A stretch of 42,835 nucleotides of DNA, filler included, from an uncultured virus (IMG/VR IMGVR_UViG_2061766007_001633) (taxonomy: Duplodnaviria > Heunggongvirae > Uroviricota > Caudoviricetes). It is 5 parts of one record of this genome, joined end to end, with 100 filler letters (N's around TTAATTAATTAA, not from the genome) between each part and the next. Parts side by side here need not be neighbours in the genome. Positions count along the whole stretch, not along the records: positions 1 to 11,681 come from IMGVR_UViG_2061766007_001633; 4 more parts are not named here. One strand, given 5' to 3'. Below, one piece after another: positions 1 to 9,163 of this stretch. The position numbers and the translations under genes are program-made. A model generated the notes under the pieces. It saw nothing but the letters and a program-made list of their open reading frames with translations. It was not told the DNA's origin and made no database searches. Numbering within the stretch: the stretch's first letter is position 1; each line of letters opens with the position of its first letter.

Positions 1-1
1 C

Positions 2-1574
2 GTGCCGCATCTGATGGAGCTTCATCACGATGTTTCCACTGTTGAGTCCGGTGCAGATCTTCGTTTGGCACAGTTTATGGAAAGCCTGAAAGCTGAAGAA
101 GCGCTGTCCGGGCCTTCCGCTCGTGCCAAACTCGAATACGATCATGTTTCGACGATGCTTCGTGCCTATCTGTCAGCAGCTGTTACTGGCCACGGCGTGA
201 TGGACAAGCAGATCACCGGGCCGATGAACGCGCCTGTCGACATTACCGTCTCAGTAACGGCAGATGCCATCTCGGACTACGCTCCGAAATTGGCTGNNNN
301 NNNNNNTGCGGATCTTCGTCTGGCACAGTTCATGGAGAGCCTAAAAGCTGAAGAAGCGCTGTCCGGACCTTCCGCTCGTGCCAAGCTTGAATATGACCAT
401 GTTTCGACGATGCTTCGCGCTTATCTGTCGGCGGCTGTTACCGGCCACGGCGTGATGGACAAGCAGATCACCGGGCCAATGAACGCGCCTGTCGACATTA
501 CCGTTTCAGTAACGGCAGACGCCATCTCGGACTACGCTCCGAAATTGGCTGCTGCGCTTGAGATGGTTCTTGCCATTCAGAGCGAAGCCCACACCGCAAA
601 GGCCGGTCACGGAACCTACCATGAGCAAATCAGGCTGGTTCCTTCCGCTCTCACGCACACGGGATTTGCGTCTGTTTTCGACAATCTTCGACAGGACATC
701 GCGCTTTCACCACTCGGCACTCTGGCAAGGAGCAACAGGCCGAATACGATGATCGCGCTCGGAAGATACGGCCACAGCGTAAACGGCGATATGCTCCAGC
801 TTGCTCCCGGTTCGATGGAAAGTGCCATGACGGTGCTGCTTCCTCGCGCCTCCGGACTTNNNNNNNNNNATTGTGCTTTCACCACTCGGTACTCTGGCAA
901 GAAGCAACAGACCAAATACAATGATTGCGCTTGGCAGGTACGGCCACAGCGTAAATGGCGATATGCTTCAACTCGCTCCCTGTTCGATGGAAAGTGCCAT
1001 GACGGTGCTGCTTCCTCGCGCCTCCGGACTTCTGGATTTGGAAGTCGTAAGTACTGCCGAAGCGGATGTTTCTATCAGGCACGAATTGTCCGCGCTCTTT
1101 GAATACCTGACGGACTTGGAGGCTTTGCAGGCATCAAGCTCGTTTTCCGTTACTCCGGAAGGCAGCATGGACCACATCATCTATGCCGACCTTGCTGCGA
1201 TCACGCGGGCCATTCTCACGCTTACCGGCGACATCGAGTCGGAAGGCGGCAGATGGCAATACCCGGTTATTATCGATACCGACGCGGCGATCTTCCAAGT
1301 GTGGCTGACCGAGCAGAACCGGGAGCACCTGTTCCTCGATCCGCATAAAGGTATCCACCACGCAATCATTACGACAGGCGTTAACGGAACGATTGACCGG
1401 CAGATACGCATCGAAACTGCCGCTGAAAGCAATCATCGCCTCTCTGTTTATGGCGTGCTTCACCAGAGGCAGCGCGGCAATTGGGAGTATCCCGTTCTGA
1501 ATGACGGCGTGCTTCTCATTACACAGGCAATCGATGCAAAACCGGCATATCAATACAAACTGGAGGTGAACTAA
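2..1574 (+). CDS. Hypothetical phage minor structural/tail-associated protein (5'-truncated; assembled from overlapping variant contigs)
   Basis: ORFs 2..1102 and 873..1574 overlap through duplicated segments either side of the N gaps at 297 and 860; stop overlaps the next ATG (TAATG); lies in the tail-to-lysis region. Confidence 0.6.
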
Positions 1575-3353
1575 TGCCGAACATACTACTCAAAAACGAA
1601 GTCGGTGAGGATATCGCGTACAACGATGTGGACACGGTTACTCTCCGCAGGGTTGAAGGCGGCACGGCCACCTATACCTTTCAAAGGCCAAACGCCACCG
1701 ATGAGTGGTGGAAAATACAGAATTTCATAAACGGTGACGCCCGCACGAACCTGTTCACGAAATATCAGGTAGCGGTTCCCAGCGGGCGCATCGTTTCAAG
1801 CACGGAACAGATCTTCGGGACTTGGTATCAGTCGCGATATGACGCATGGCGCATCAGCACCACGATGTTCAACCAGATGTATGCGGTTCCGGACGGCGCG
1901 ATCCTCGCAAACAACAACTCCAACGCTACGCTTTATCTGTGGGACGATACGGACAAGGAACTGAAGGTGCTGTCGAGCAACGCAGGAAATATCACTAACT
2001 TCCGCGCCTACGGTGACAAATACTTCATTGCCACCTATCGCTATTGGCTGCTGTACGATCCTGAAACAAAGCAGGTCACTCAGCTTTTACAGGGTGTCTC
2101 GATGAACGCCTATTGCCTTGATACTGGCGAGGAGCTTCTGCTTTCCGTTGCCAACAGCGGCTCTAACAACCCGCAGGGTATTTACCGCCTTGACCCGGAA
2201 ACCTACACGCTCACGCAGATATTCAATGAGGGCTGGTACTGGCTGGGGACTTTCAGAACGACGACCGGCCTTTATCAGAGTTCATCTTATGTGCTGGAAC
2301 TGGAGGATGAGTACCTGTTCGGCGGGTACACTTCGACCACCGGCTGCTATGGTGTTCTCCGTTTTGATAAGGAAACGAAAACTGTCACGAGGCTTACCAA
2401 TATTGGCTACTACTTTTTCACGGACGGGTTAACCGCAAGATATGCCTATTCGACCTTCAACCGCATCATTCCCGGATACGGCGTCGTTTTCTGCAGTAAT
2501 CAATCTCCGTCATGGGGTGTCTGGTTTTATGACACTGAAACAAAGCAATTGACGCGACTTATTGAGACCGCGTACATGACCAACTGGGTCGAGGACGATG
2601 ACATCGTTTACGGCTGNNNNNNNNNNGTGGGGTGTCTGGTTTTATGACACTGAAACAAAGCAAGTGACGCGACTGATTGAGACTGCATACATGACCAACT
2701 GGGTCGAGGAAGATGACATTGTTTACGGCTGTTATTCCGGCTACGGCGTCCTCATTTTCGACAAGACAACGAAAACATGGTACCGACCTTTGACAAGCGG
2801 TCAGTATGAAAAGATTGTCAAGTGCGAGAACGGATTCCTGATCGGCTGTCAGTCATATTCCTACGGCATCAAATACTACGAAATCGCAACCGGCGAGATT
2901 ACCACGATCACGACGAACATGAACTACTGGCGGTACGGAGTCAGCGTCGAAGGCGGTGCGCTGATNNNNNNNNNNNNNNNNNNNNNNNNNNNNNNNNNNN
3001 NNNNNNNNNNNNNNNNNNNNNNNNNNNNNNNNNNNNNNNNNNNNNNNNNNNNNNNNTTCCTTCAACAGCAGCACCTACGGCTGGTTCTTCTACAAAGATG
3101 GCGAGCTGACCTATAACGCGGGCTACGAGGGAAATCAAAGAGGCATGCGCTGTATCGTTCCCGTGGAGGACGGCTGGATAATCAGCTCGTGGAGCTACAA
3201 TGTCAAGATCGTTTTCGTCGATGGAGAAACCGGTGAGTCAACGAGCCTCGGTACCAACGGCAGTCAGCTCGGTCCATACATGCAGTCGTGGTACGGACAC
3301 GGCGGCATTTGGAAACCTTCGTGGGACTTCGACCGCAAATACGGCAGATACCG
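1574..3353 (+). CDS. Large beta-propeller repeat protein, putative phage adhesin/receptor-binding protein (5' part; 3' end in gap)
   Basis: RBS GGAGG upstream; repeated blade motifs such as LYLWDDTDKELKVL, WLLYDPETKQVTQL, GIYRLDPETYTLTQI, GVLRFDKETKTVTRL, GVWFYDTETKQLTRL; continues through ORFs 2598 and 3145. Confidence 0.65.
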
Positions 3354-3761
3354 NNNNNNNNNNNNNNNNNNNNNNNNNNNNNNNNNNNNNNNNNNNNNNN
3401 NNNNNNNNNNNNNNNNNNNNNNNNNNNNNNNNNNNNNNNNNNNNNNNNNNNNNNNNNNNNNNNNNNNNNNNNNNNNNNNNNNNNNNNNNNNNNNNNNNNN
3501 NNNNNNNNNNNNNNNNNNNNNNNNNNNNNNNNNNNNNNNNNNNNNNNNNNNNNNNNNNNNNNNNNNNNNNNNNNNNNNNNNNNNNNNNNNNNNNNNNNNN
3601 NNNNNNNNNNNNNNNNNNNNNNNNNNNNNNNNNNNNNNNNNNNNNNNNNNNNNNNNNNNNNNNNNNNNNNNNNNNNNNNNNNNNNNNNNNNNNNNNNNNN
3701 NNNNNNNNNNNNNNNNNNNNNNNNNNNNNNNNNNNNNNNNNNNNNNNNNNNNNNNNNNNNN

Positions 3762-4085
3762 TATCGCCCTCTCGACCACCACGCCCAACGCAGACGGTTC
3801 CAACTTCACCGAGCCGCCTTCCTCGGCAGGCTATGCAAGATCGCTGATCGGTCAGTCCGGATCGGCGGCAACGCAGGTCATGTCCAATCCGCAAAACGGT
3901 GCTACGCAGAACAACAGTATCATCTTCTTCCCGGAAGCTNNNNNNNNNNNNNNNACTTCGGTCTGTATAACGCTGCGACGGGCGGTCAGCTCGTTCTGTA
4001 CGGTGCGCTGACGAACCCCATTACAATCGCGGCGAACTATGTACCGCTTTTCCGCGTGGGCAACTTCTCGCTCACCCTGTCGTAA
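3762..4085 (+). CDS. Small phage tail/structural protein (partial; complete copy at 12260-12673)
   Basis: IALSTTTP...GYAR...IFFPEA...FGLYNAATGGQLVLYGAL motif typical of ~135-aa phage tail proteins. Confidence 0.7.
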   Translation, partial: YRPLDHHAQRRRFQLHRAAFLGRLCKIADRSVRIGGNAGHVQSAKRCYAEQQYHLLPGSXXXXXXFGLYNAATGGQLVLYGALTNPITIAANYVPLFRVGNFSLTLS

Positions 4086-4095
4086 GGAGGCGCTT

Positions 4096-4245
4096 ATGGA
4101 AGAAAAGAAAGAACCCAAGTATCTCGACCTGTCGGCCAGCTGCACTGTTTCCGTAACGGAAATGCTGCAGCGTTTTTTTACCCCGGTGCAGACGCAAGAC
4201 CTCGCGCCAGATGACAAGGAGGCACAAGATGACGATAACGGCTGA
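4096..4245 (+). CDS. Small acidic hypothetical protein (49 aa, MEEKKEPKYLDL...)
   Basis: RBS AAGGAGG at 4084-4090; reading frame conserved in the variant copy at 12100-12249. Confidence 0.65.
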   Translation: MEEKKEPKYLDLSASCTVSVTEMLQRFFTPVQTQDLAPDDKEAQDDDNG

Positions 4246-4498
4246 AACCATCGCGGCAATCGCGTCCATCATCACTTCTCTCGTAGTGATCTTCGGCGCG
4301 ATTTTTGCTATCTACCGCTGGTATCTCAAACAGGAAAAGCAGGACAAGGACATCAAAACCATCAAGGAAGAACAGACCGTCCTTACCAAAGGCGTCCTCG
4401 CCTGCCTAAAAGGTCTGAAGGAACAAGGCTGTGACGGTCCCGTAACGGAGGCTATCGCAGCCATTGAAGCTCACCTCAATGAGCAAGCGCACAAGTAA
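4229..4498 (+). CDS. Holin-like single-TM/coiled-coil lysis-module protein
   Basis: RBS AAGGAGG then ATG 4229; N-terminal hydrophobic helix followed by a charged coiled coil; directly upstream of holin and amidase. Confidence 0.7.
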   Translation: MTITAETIAAIASIITSLVVIFGAIFAIYRWYLKQEKQDKDIKTIKEEQTVLTKGVLACLKGLKEQGCDGPVTEAIAAIEAHLNEQAHK

Positions 4499-4512
4499 AG
4501 GAGGAAAACAGA

Positions 4513-5218
4513 ATGAACACTATCGTAACCATTCCCGCAATCGCTGCCATCGTTTACACCATTATTGACATCGTCAAAACGGCCTGTGGCGGCGATGAGA
4601 AGTTCAAGCGCTTNNNNNNNNNNNNNNNNNNNNNNNNNNNNNNNNNNNNNNNNNNNNNNNNNNNNNNNNNNNNNNNNNNNNNNNNNNNNNNNNNNNNNNN
4701 NNNNNNNNNNNNNNNNNNNNNNNNNNNNNNNNNNNNNNNNNNNNNNNNNNNNNNNNNNNNNNNNNNNNNNNNNNNNNNNNNNNNNNNNNNNNNNNNNNNN
4801 NNNNNNNNNNNNNNNNNNNNNNNNNNNNNNNNNNNNNNNNNNNNNNNNNNNNNNNNNNNNNNNNNNNNNNNNNNNNNNNNNNNNNNNNNNNNNNNNNNNN
4901 NNNNNNNNNNNNNNNNNNNNNNNNNNNNNNNNNNNNNNNNNNNNNNNNNNNNNNNNNNNNNNNNNNNNNNNNNNNNNNNNNNNNNNNNNNNNNNNNNNNN
5001 NNNNNNNNNNNNNNNNNNNNNNNNNNNNNNNNNNNNNNNNNNNNNNCATCACCGTCGTGCTCGGCGCGATCTGCGGCGTGATCGCTTTCTACTTTGTCCC
5101 CGGCGTCATTGAAACCGAGAATGTGCTCGTTGCCATCGTCATCGGCGCGGCGTCCGGTCTCTCTGCTACCGGCACCAATCAGGCGGTAAAACAGCTCTCG
5201 AAAAAGGAGGACTCGTGA
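4513..5218 (+). CDS. Phage holin (about 90 aa, split by an N gap)
   Basis: MNTIVTIPAIAAIVYTIIDIVK...ITVVLGAICGVIAF...IGAASGLSATGTNQAVKQL; several hydrophobic segments; stop overlaps the amidase ATG. Confidence 0.8.
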
Positions 5219-5989
5219 TGGCATACACAAATAGTCCTCTTGCGACCTACAAGTGCTTGAGCCCGAATCATTCAGGGCAAAGAACACACAGCATTGACCG
5301 CATCACGCCTCATTGCGTAGTCGGTCAGTGTACGGCAGAGGGGCTCGGTGAGTGGTTTGAAAAGACCTCCACGCGGGCCTCTTCTAATTATGGCATCGAC
5401 CGTGACGGCAGAGTCGGCATGTATGTCGAGGAGAAGAACCGCTCGTGGTGTTCCTCCTCCAATGCCAACGACCAGAGAGCAATCACCATCGAGTGCGCCT
5501 CTGATAAGACGGAGCCTTACGCTTTCTACGATGTCGTTTACAATCGCCTCATCGAGCTTTGCACTGACATCTGCAAGCGCAACGGAAAGAAAAAGCTCCT
5601 GTGGCTGGAGGACAAGGACAAGACCCTCGCATATAACCCGAAGGCTGATGAGATGGTTCTTACGGTTCACCGCTGGTTTGCCAACAAGTCCTGTCCGGGA
5701 GCGTGGATGTTTGCCCGCATGGGTGATCTCGCAGCGAAGGTGACTGCCGCGCTGGGCGGTTCCTCCGTAGAGCCGAAACCAGAGCCGGTAAAGCCTGCGG
5801 AGCACCCGGACAAGCTCACGGACGGTTGGTACCGCGTCAGAAAAACATGGGCTGACAGCAAGTCGCAGATCGGCGCATATAAGTATCTCAAATACGCAAA
5901 GGCCAAAGCTGACGCGAACCCCGGCTACAGCGTATTCGATCCTTCCGGTACCGCGTTTTATCCTGCGACCACACCTGCCACACCGCAGC
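5218..5989 (+). CDS. N-acetylmuramoyl-L-alanine amidase endolysin, variant A (3'-truncated)
   Basis: Amidase_2-type motifs ITPHCVVG, ASSNYGI, AITIECA, LTVHRWFANKSCPG; YRVRKTWADSKSQIGAY cell-wall-binding domain. Confidence 0.9.
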
Positions 5990-5999
5990 NNNNNNNNNN

Positions 6000-6171
6000 T
6001 ATCACTGTCGCCCTCGGCGGCATTTGCGGCATCATTGCTTTCTACTTCGTTCCCGGAGTGATCGAGACGAATAATGTGCTCGTGGCCATTGTCATCGGCG
6101 CTGCGTCCGGTCTCTCGGCTACCGGCACCAATCAGGCAGTCAAGCAACTCACAAAAAAGGAGGACTCGTGA
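6000..6171 (+). CDS. Holin 3' part, second variant copy
   Basis: Near-identical to 5047-5218 with scattered substitutions. Confidence 0.75.
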
Positions 6172-7352
6172 TGGCATACACAAATAGTCCTCTTGCAACC
6201 TACAAGTGCTTGAGCCCGAATCATTCCGGGCAGCGAACACACAGCATCGACCGTATCACGCCCCATTGCGTAGTCGGGCAATGCTCCATTGAAACGCTCG
6301 GAAACATCTTTCTGCCCACCTCAAGGCAGGCATCATCCAATTACGGTATCGGCGCTGACGGAAGAATCGGCTTATTTGTCGAAGAGAAAAATCGCTCGTG
6401 GTGTTCCTCGTCCAATGCAAACGACCAGAGAGCAATTACAATCGAATGCGCCAGCGACAAGACGGAGCCTTATGCTTTCTACGATGTCGTTTACAACCGC
6501 CTGATTGAGCTTTGCATCGACATCTGCAAGCGCAACGGAAAGAAGAAGCTCCTGTGGCTTGAGGATAAGGACAAGACCCTCGCTTATAACCCGAAGCCTG
6601 ACGAAATGGTCCTCACGGTGCATCGCTGGTTTGCCAACAAGTCCTGTCCGGGCGCGTGGATGTATGCCCGCATGGGTGATTTGGCAAAGAAGGTCACCGC
6701 TGCTCTGGGTGGTACCACAGATACACCTACCACAGATCCCGTGAAGCCTACGACACATCCGGACAAGCTCACAGATGGCTGGTACCGCGTCAGGAAGACA
6801 TGGGCCGACAGCAAGTCCCAGCTCGGTGCATATCGGTATCTGAAGTACGCCAAGGCAAAGGCAGATGAGAACCCCGGATATAAGGTTTTTGATCCCAACG
6901 GAAATGCTTTCTATCCTGAAACGACCGCTCCGGTAACCCCGCAGCCGACTGTGTCGGTTCCGTTCCTCGTAAAGATCAAGATCTCTGACCTGAACATCCG
7001 CACCGGCCCCGGAACCGATCATTCCCGCACGGGCAAATACACTGGCGTCGGCGTATTCACCATTTTAGAGGTCAAACCCGGAAAAGGCTCGACCGCTGGC
7101 TGGGGACGGCTCAAGTCCGGCGCTGGCTGGATTTCGCTCGACTACGCCACCAAACTTTANNNNNNNNNNAACATTTCCGATCTGAACATTCGCACCGGTC
7201 CCGGCACGGATCACTCCCGCACCGGCAAGTATACCGGCGTCGGCGTTTTCACCATTCTGGAGGTTCAGCCCGGTAAAGGTTCGACCGCAGGCTGGGGACG
7301 CCTCAAGTCCGGCGCTGGCTGGATTTCGCTCGACTACGCCACCAAACTTTAA
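6171..7352 (+). CDS. N-acetylmuramoyl-L-alanine amidase endolysin, variant B, with C-terminal SH3-like domain (true stop near 7160; 7170-7352 is a duplicated variant 3' end)
   Basis: Same catalytic motifs as variant A; C-terminal LNIRTGPGT...WGRLKSGAGWISLDY SH3b-like domain. Confidence 0.9.
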   Translation: MAYTNSPLATYKCLSPNHSGQRTHSIDRITPHCVVGQCSIETLGNIFLPTSRQASSNYGIGADGRIGLFVEEKNRSWCSSSNANDQRAITIECASDKTEPYAFYDVVYNRLIELCIDICKRNGKKKLLWLEDKDKTLAYNPKPDEMVLTVHRWFANKSCPGAWMYARMGDLAKKVTAALGGTTDTPTTDPVKPTTHPDKLTDGWYRVRKTWADSKSQLGAYRYLKYAKAKADENPGYKVFDPNGNAFYPETTAPVTPQPTVSVPFLVKIKISDLNIRTGPGTDHSRTGKYTGVGVFTILEVKPGKGSTAGWGRLKSGAGWISLDYATKLXXXXNISDLNIRTGPGTDHSRTGKYTGVGVFTILEVQPGKGSTAGWGRLKSGAGWISLDYATKL

Positions 7353-7356
7353 TCAC

Positions 7357-7402
7357 AAGGCAGCTGATGGAGATAATCTTCGTCGGCTGCCTTATTTTTT
7401 TT
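7357..7402 (+). terminator. Rho-independent terminator after the endolysin
   Basis: AAGGCAGCTGATGGAGA-TAA-TCTTCGTCGGCTGCCTT forms a 17-bp stem with G-U pairs, followed by A and a T-run. Confidence 0.85.
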
Positions 7403-7409
7403 GCTTTTT

Positions 7410-7448
7410 TTCGTTCAAAACGGCACCTTCTGTCCAGTGGGTACTGAG
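7410..7448 (+). promoter_or_regulatory. Bipartite motif TTCGTTCAAAAC-N11-TCCAGTGGGTACTGAG, candidate phage-sigma-dependent promoter
   Basis: Both halves recur exactly on the minus strand at 22676-22687 and 22135-22150; lies between a terminator and the RBS of the gene at 7479. Confidence 0.6.
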
Positions 7449-7478
7449 AGGAACCCTCTCGGATTGGAGGAACCATCA

Positions 7479-7895
7479 GTGACCAACGAACAAAGAGAAA
7501 AGATAACGGCCCTGCGTCATCAGGGTTTCGGATATACCGCCATTGCCAACAGCGTCGGTCTTTCCAAGGACAGCGTCAAGGCATACTGCCGCACTCACGG
7601 CCTCGCCGGGGAGAAAGCGGAAAGTCATACCCTCGCTGCAGTTCCCACGCAGCTGTGCCAGAACTGTGGCAAGATGCTCGTTCAGATCCCCGGACGAAAG
7701 ACAAAGAAGTTCTGTTCCCCGGAGTGCCGGACGGCATGGTGGAATGCTCACCCGGAAGCCGTACAGCAAAAGGCCGTTTATACCTTTACCTGCCCGGAGT
7801 GTGGAAAGGATTTCACGGCCTACGGAAACGCCAAGCGCAAATACTGCTCCCACGACTGCTATATCGCAGCCCGGTTCAAAGGCGGTGATGCCTGA
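7479..7895 (+). CDS. HTH plus double zinc-ribbon protein of the recombinase module
   Basis: GGAGG then GTG 7479; N-terminal HTH (GFGYTAIANSVGLSKDSVKAYCR); CQNCG...FCSPEC and CPECG...YCSHDC Cys motifs. Confidence 0.8.
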   Translation: MTNEQREKITALRHQGFGYTAIANSVGLSKDSVKAYCRTHGLAGEKAESHTLAAVPTQLCQNCGKMLVQIPGRKTKKFCSPECRTAWWNAHPEAVQQKAVYTFTCPECGKDFTAYGNAKRKYCSHDCYIAARFKGGDA

Positions 7896-8065
7896 TGAGC
7901 AAGGAAGAACTCCACAGCGACATGCTTTATCATGCGGCCATTTCGATGGCAAAAAGCATGCTGGAAAAGGGCCTGATCACCGAAAAGGAATACGCTGAAA
8001 TTGATACAATTCTGCTCGAAAAATACCGACCATATTTGGGTACATTATTATCCGAAAACGCTTGA
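7895..8065 (+). CDS. SHOCT-like small protein (56 aa), not in ORF track
   Basis: MSKEELHSDMLYHAAISMAKSMLEKGLITEKEYAEIDTILLEKY...; start coupled to the upstream stop (TGATG). Confidence 0.8.
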   Translation: MSKEELHSDMLYHAAISMAKSMLEKGLITEKEYAEIDTILLEKYRPYLGTLLSENA

Positions 8066-8117
8066 TATTTCAGGCTTTTAGAGTGATATATGGTACACGG
8101 AAAGGAGGTATTTTCCC

Positions 8118-8257
8118 TTGAAAACAGTCGAAAAAATAGAACGGAAAATTCCGGTTCTGAAAGCAAGAAAGCGAGTCGCTGCCTATGCCAGAGTATCGAT
8201 GGAATCAGAGCGGATGCAGCACTCGCTTTCTGCACAGGTAAGCTACTACAGCGCCTT
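8118..8257 (+). CDS. Large serine recombinase 1, 5' end only
   Basis: AAAGGAGG then TTG; KRVAAYARVS catalytic motif. Confidence 0.85.
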
Positions 8258-8326
8258 NNNNNNNNNNNNNNNNNNNNNNNNNNNNNNNNNNNNNNNNNNN
8301 NNNNNNNNNNNNNNNNNNNNNNNNNN

Positions 8327-9163
8327 AATCTCGCCCTCGTTCATTTTCTTTTTCTTGGTGAGGAAATCGACGGTGTAGCTCTTTTGCAGGAGCGCATCGC
8401 CTTTGTATTTCTCGTTGGTGAGTATGCTGCGAATGTTGCTGGCGTTCCAGTGGTCCTTGCCGCCCGGTGAAGGGATGCCTTCTTTCGTGAGCGCCGTAGC
8501 AATCTGAAATGGCGACCGGCCTTGAAGGAACATTCCGTAGATCCGCTGCACCAGTTTGGCCTGTTCCGGATTGACTACAAGGTTCCCGTCCGGGCCTCTG
8601 TCGTAGCCGAGAAAGCGGTTGAACGGGACCGTGACCTTGCCGTCTGCAAAACGCTTCCTTTGACCCCATGTGCAGTTCTCGGAAATGGAGCGGGACTCTT
8701 CCTGCGCCAGCGAGGACATGATCGTCAGGAGCAGTTCGCCCTTGCCGTCAAAGGTCCAGATGTTTTCCTTCTCGAAATAGACCTCGATGCTGTTTTCTTT
8801 CAGCTTTCGGATGGTGGTCAGGCTGTCAACCGTGTTTCTGGCAAAACGGCTGACGGACTTTGTGATGATGAGATCGATCTTTCCGCCAAGGGCGTCTGCC
8901 ACCATGCTTTTGAAGCCCTCGCGCTTTTTGGTGTTCGTCCCAGTGATGCCTTCATCGGTGTAGACCCCGGCGAACTCCCAATCGTCTCGTCCTTTGATGT
9001 AGTTGGTGTAATAATCGACCTGCGCCTCATAGCTGGTCAGCTGCTCCTCGTTATCAGTGCTGACACGAGCATAGGCGGCCACCCGGCGCTTTTTGGTGCT
9101 GTTAATCGGTGCCGCCGTAAACCGGCTGAGAGTAGCAGGTATTGTCGTTACGGATTTGGCCAT
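8327..9163 (-). CDS. Large serine recombinase 2 (3'-truncated at gap)
   Basis: RVAAYARVST, YTDEGITGT, ITKSVSRFARN, LAQEESRSISEN, ILTNEKYKG. Confidence 0.92.

Noticed and set aside
4614..5046. Intron or IS hidden in the holin gap
   Set aside because: The gap is longer than the few missing codons, but it is all N and other gap sizes in this scaffold are also inaccurate
5215..6171. Amidase-holin fusion ORF
   Set aside because: The fusion crosses a 10-N gap into a variant contig
7170..7352. Tandem SH3 domains in the endolysin
   Set aside because: The first copy ends in TA(N), a stop at the gap; the second is a variant duplicate
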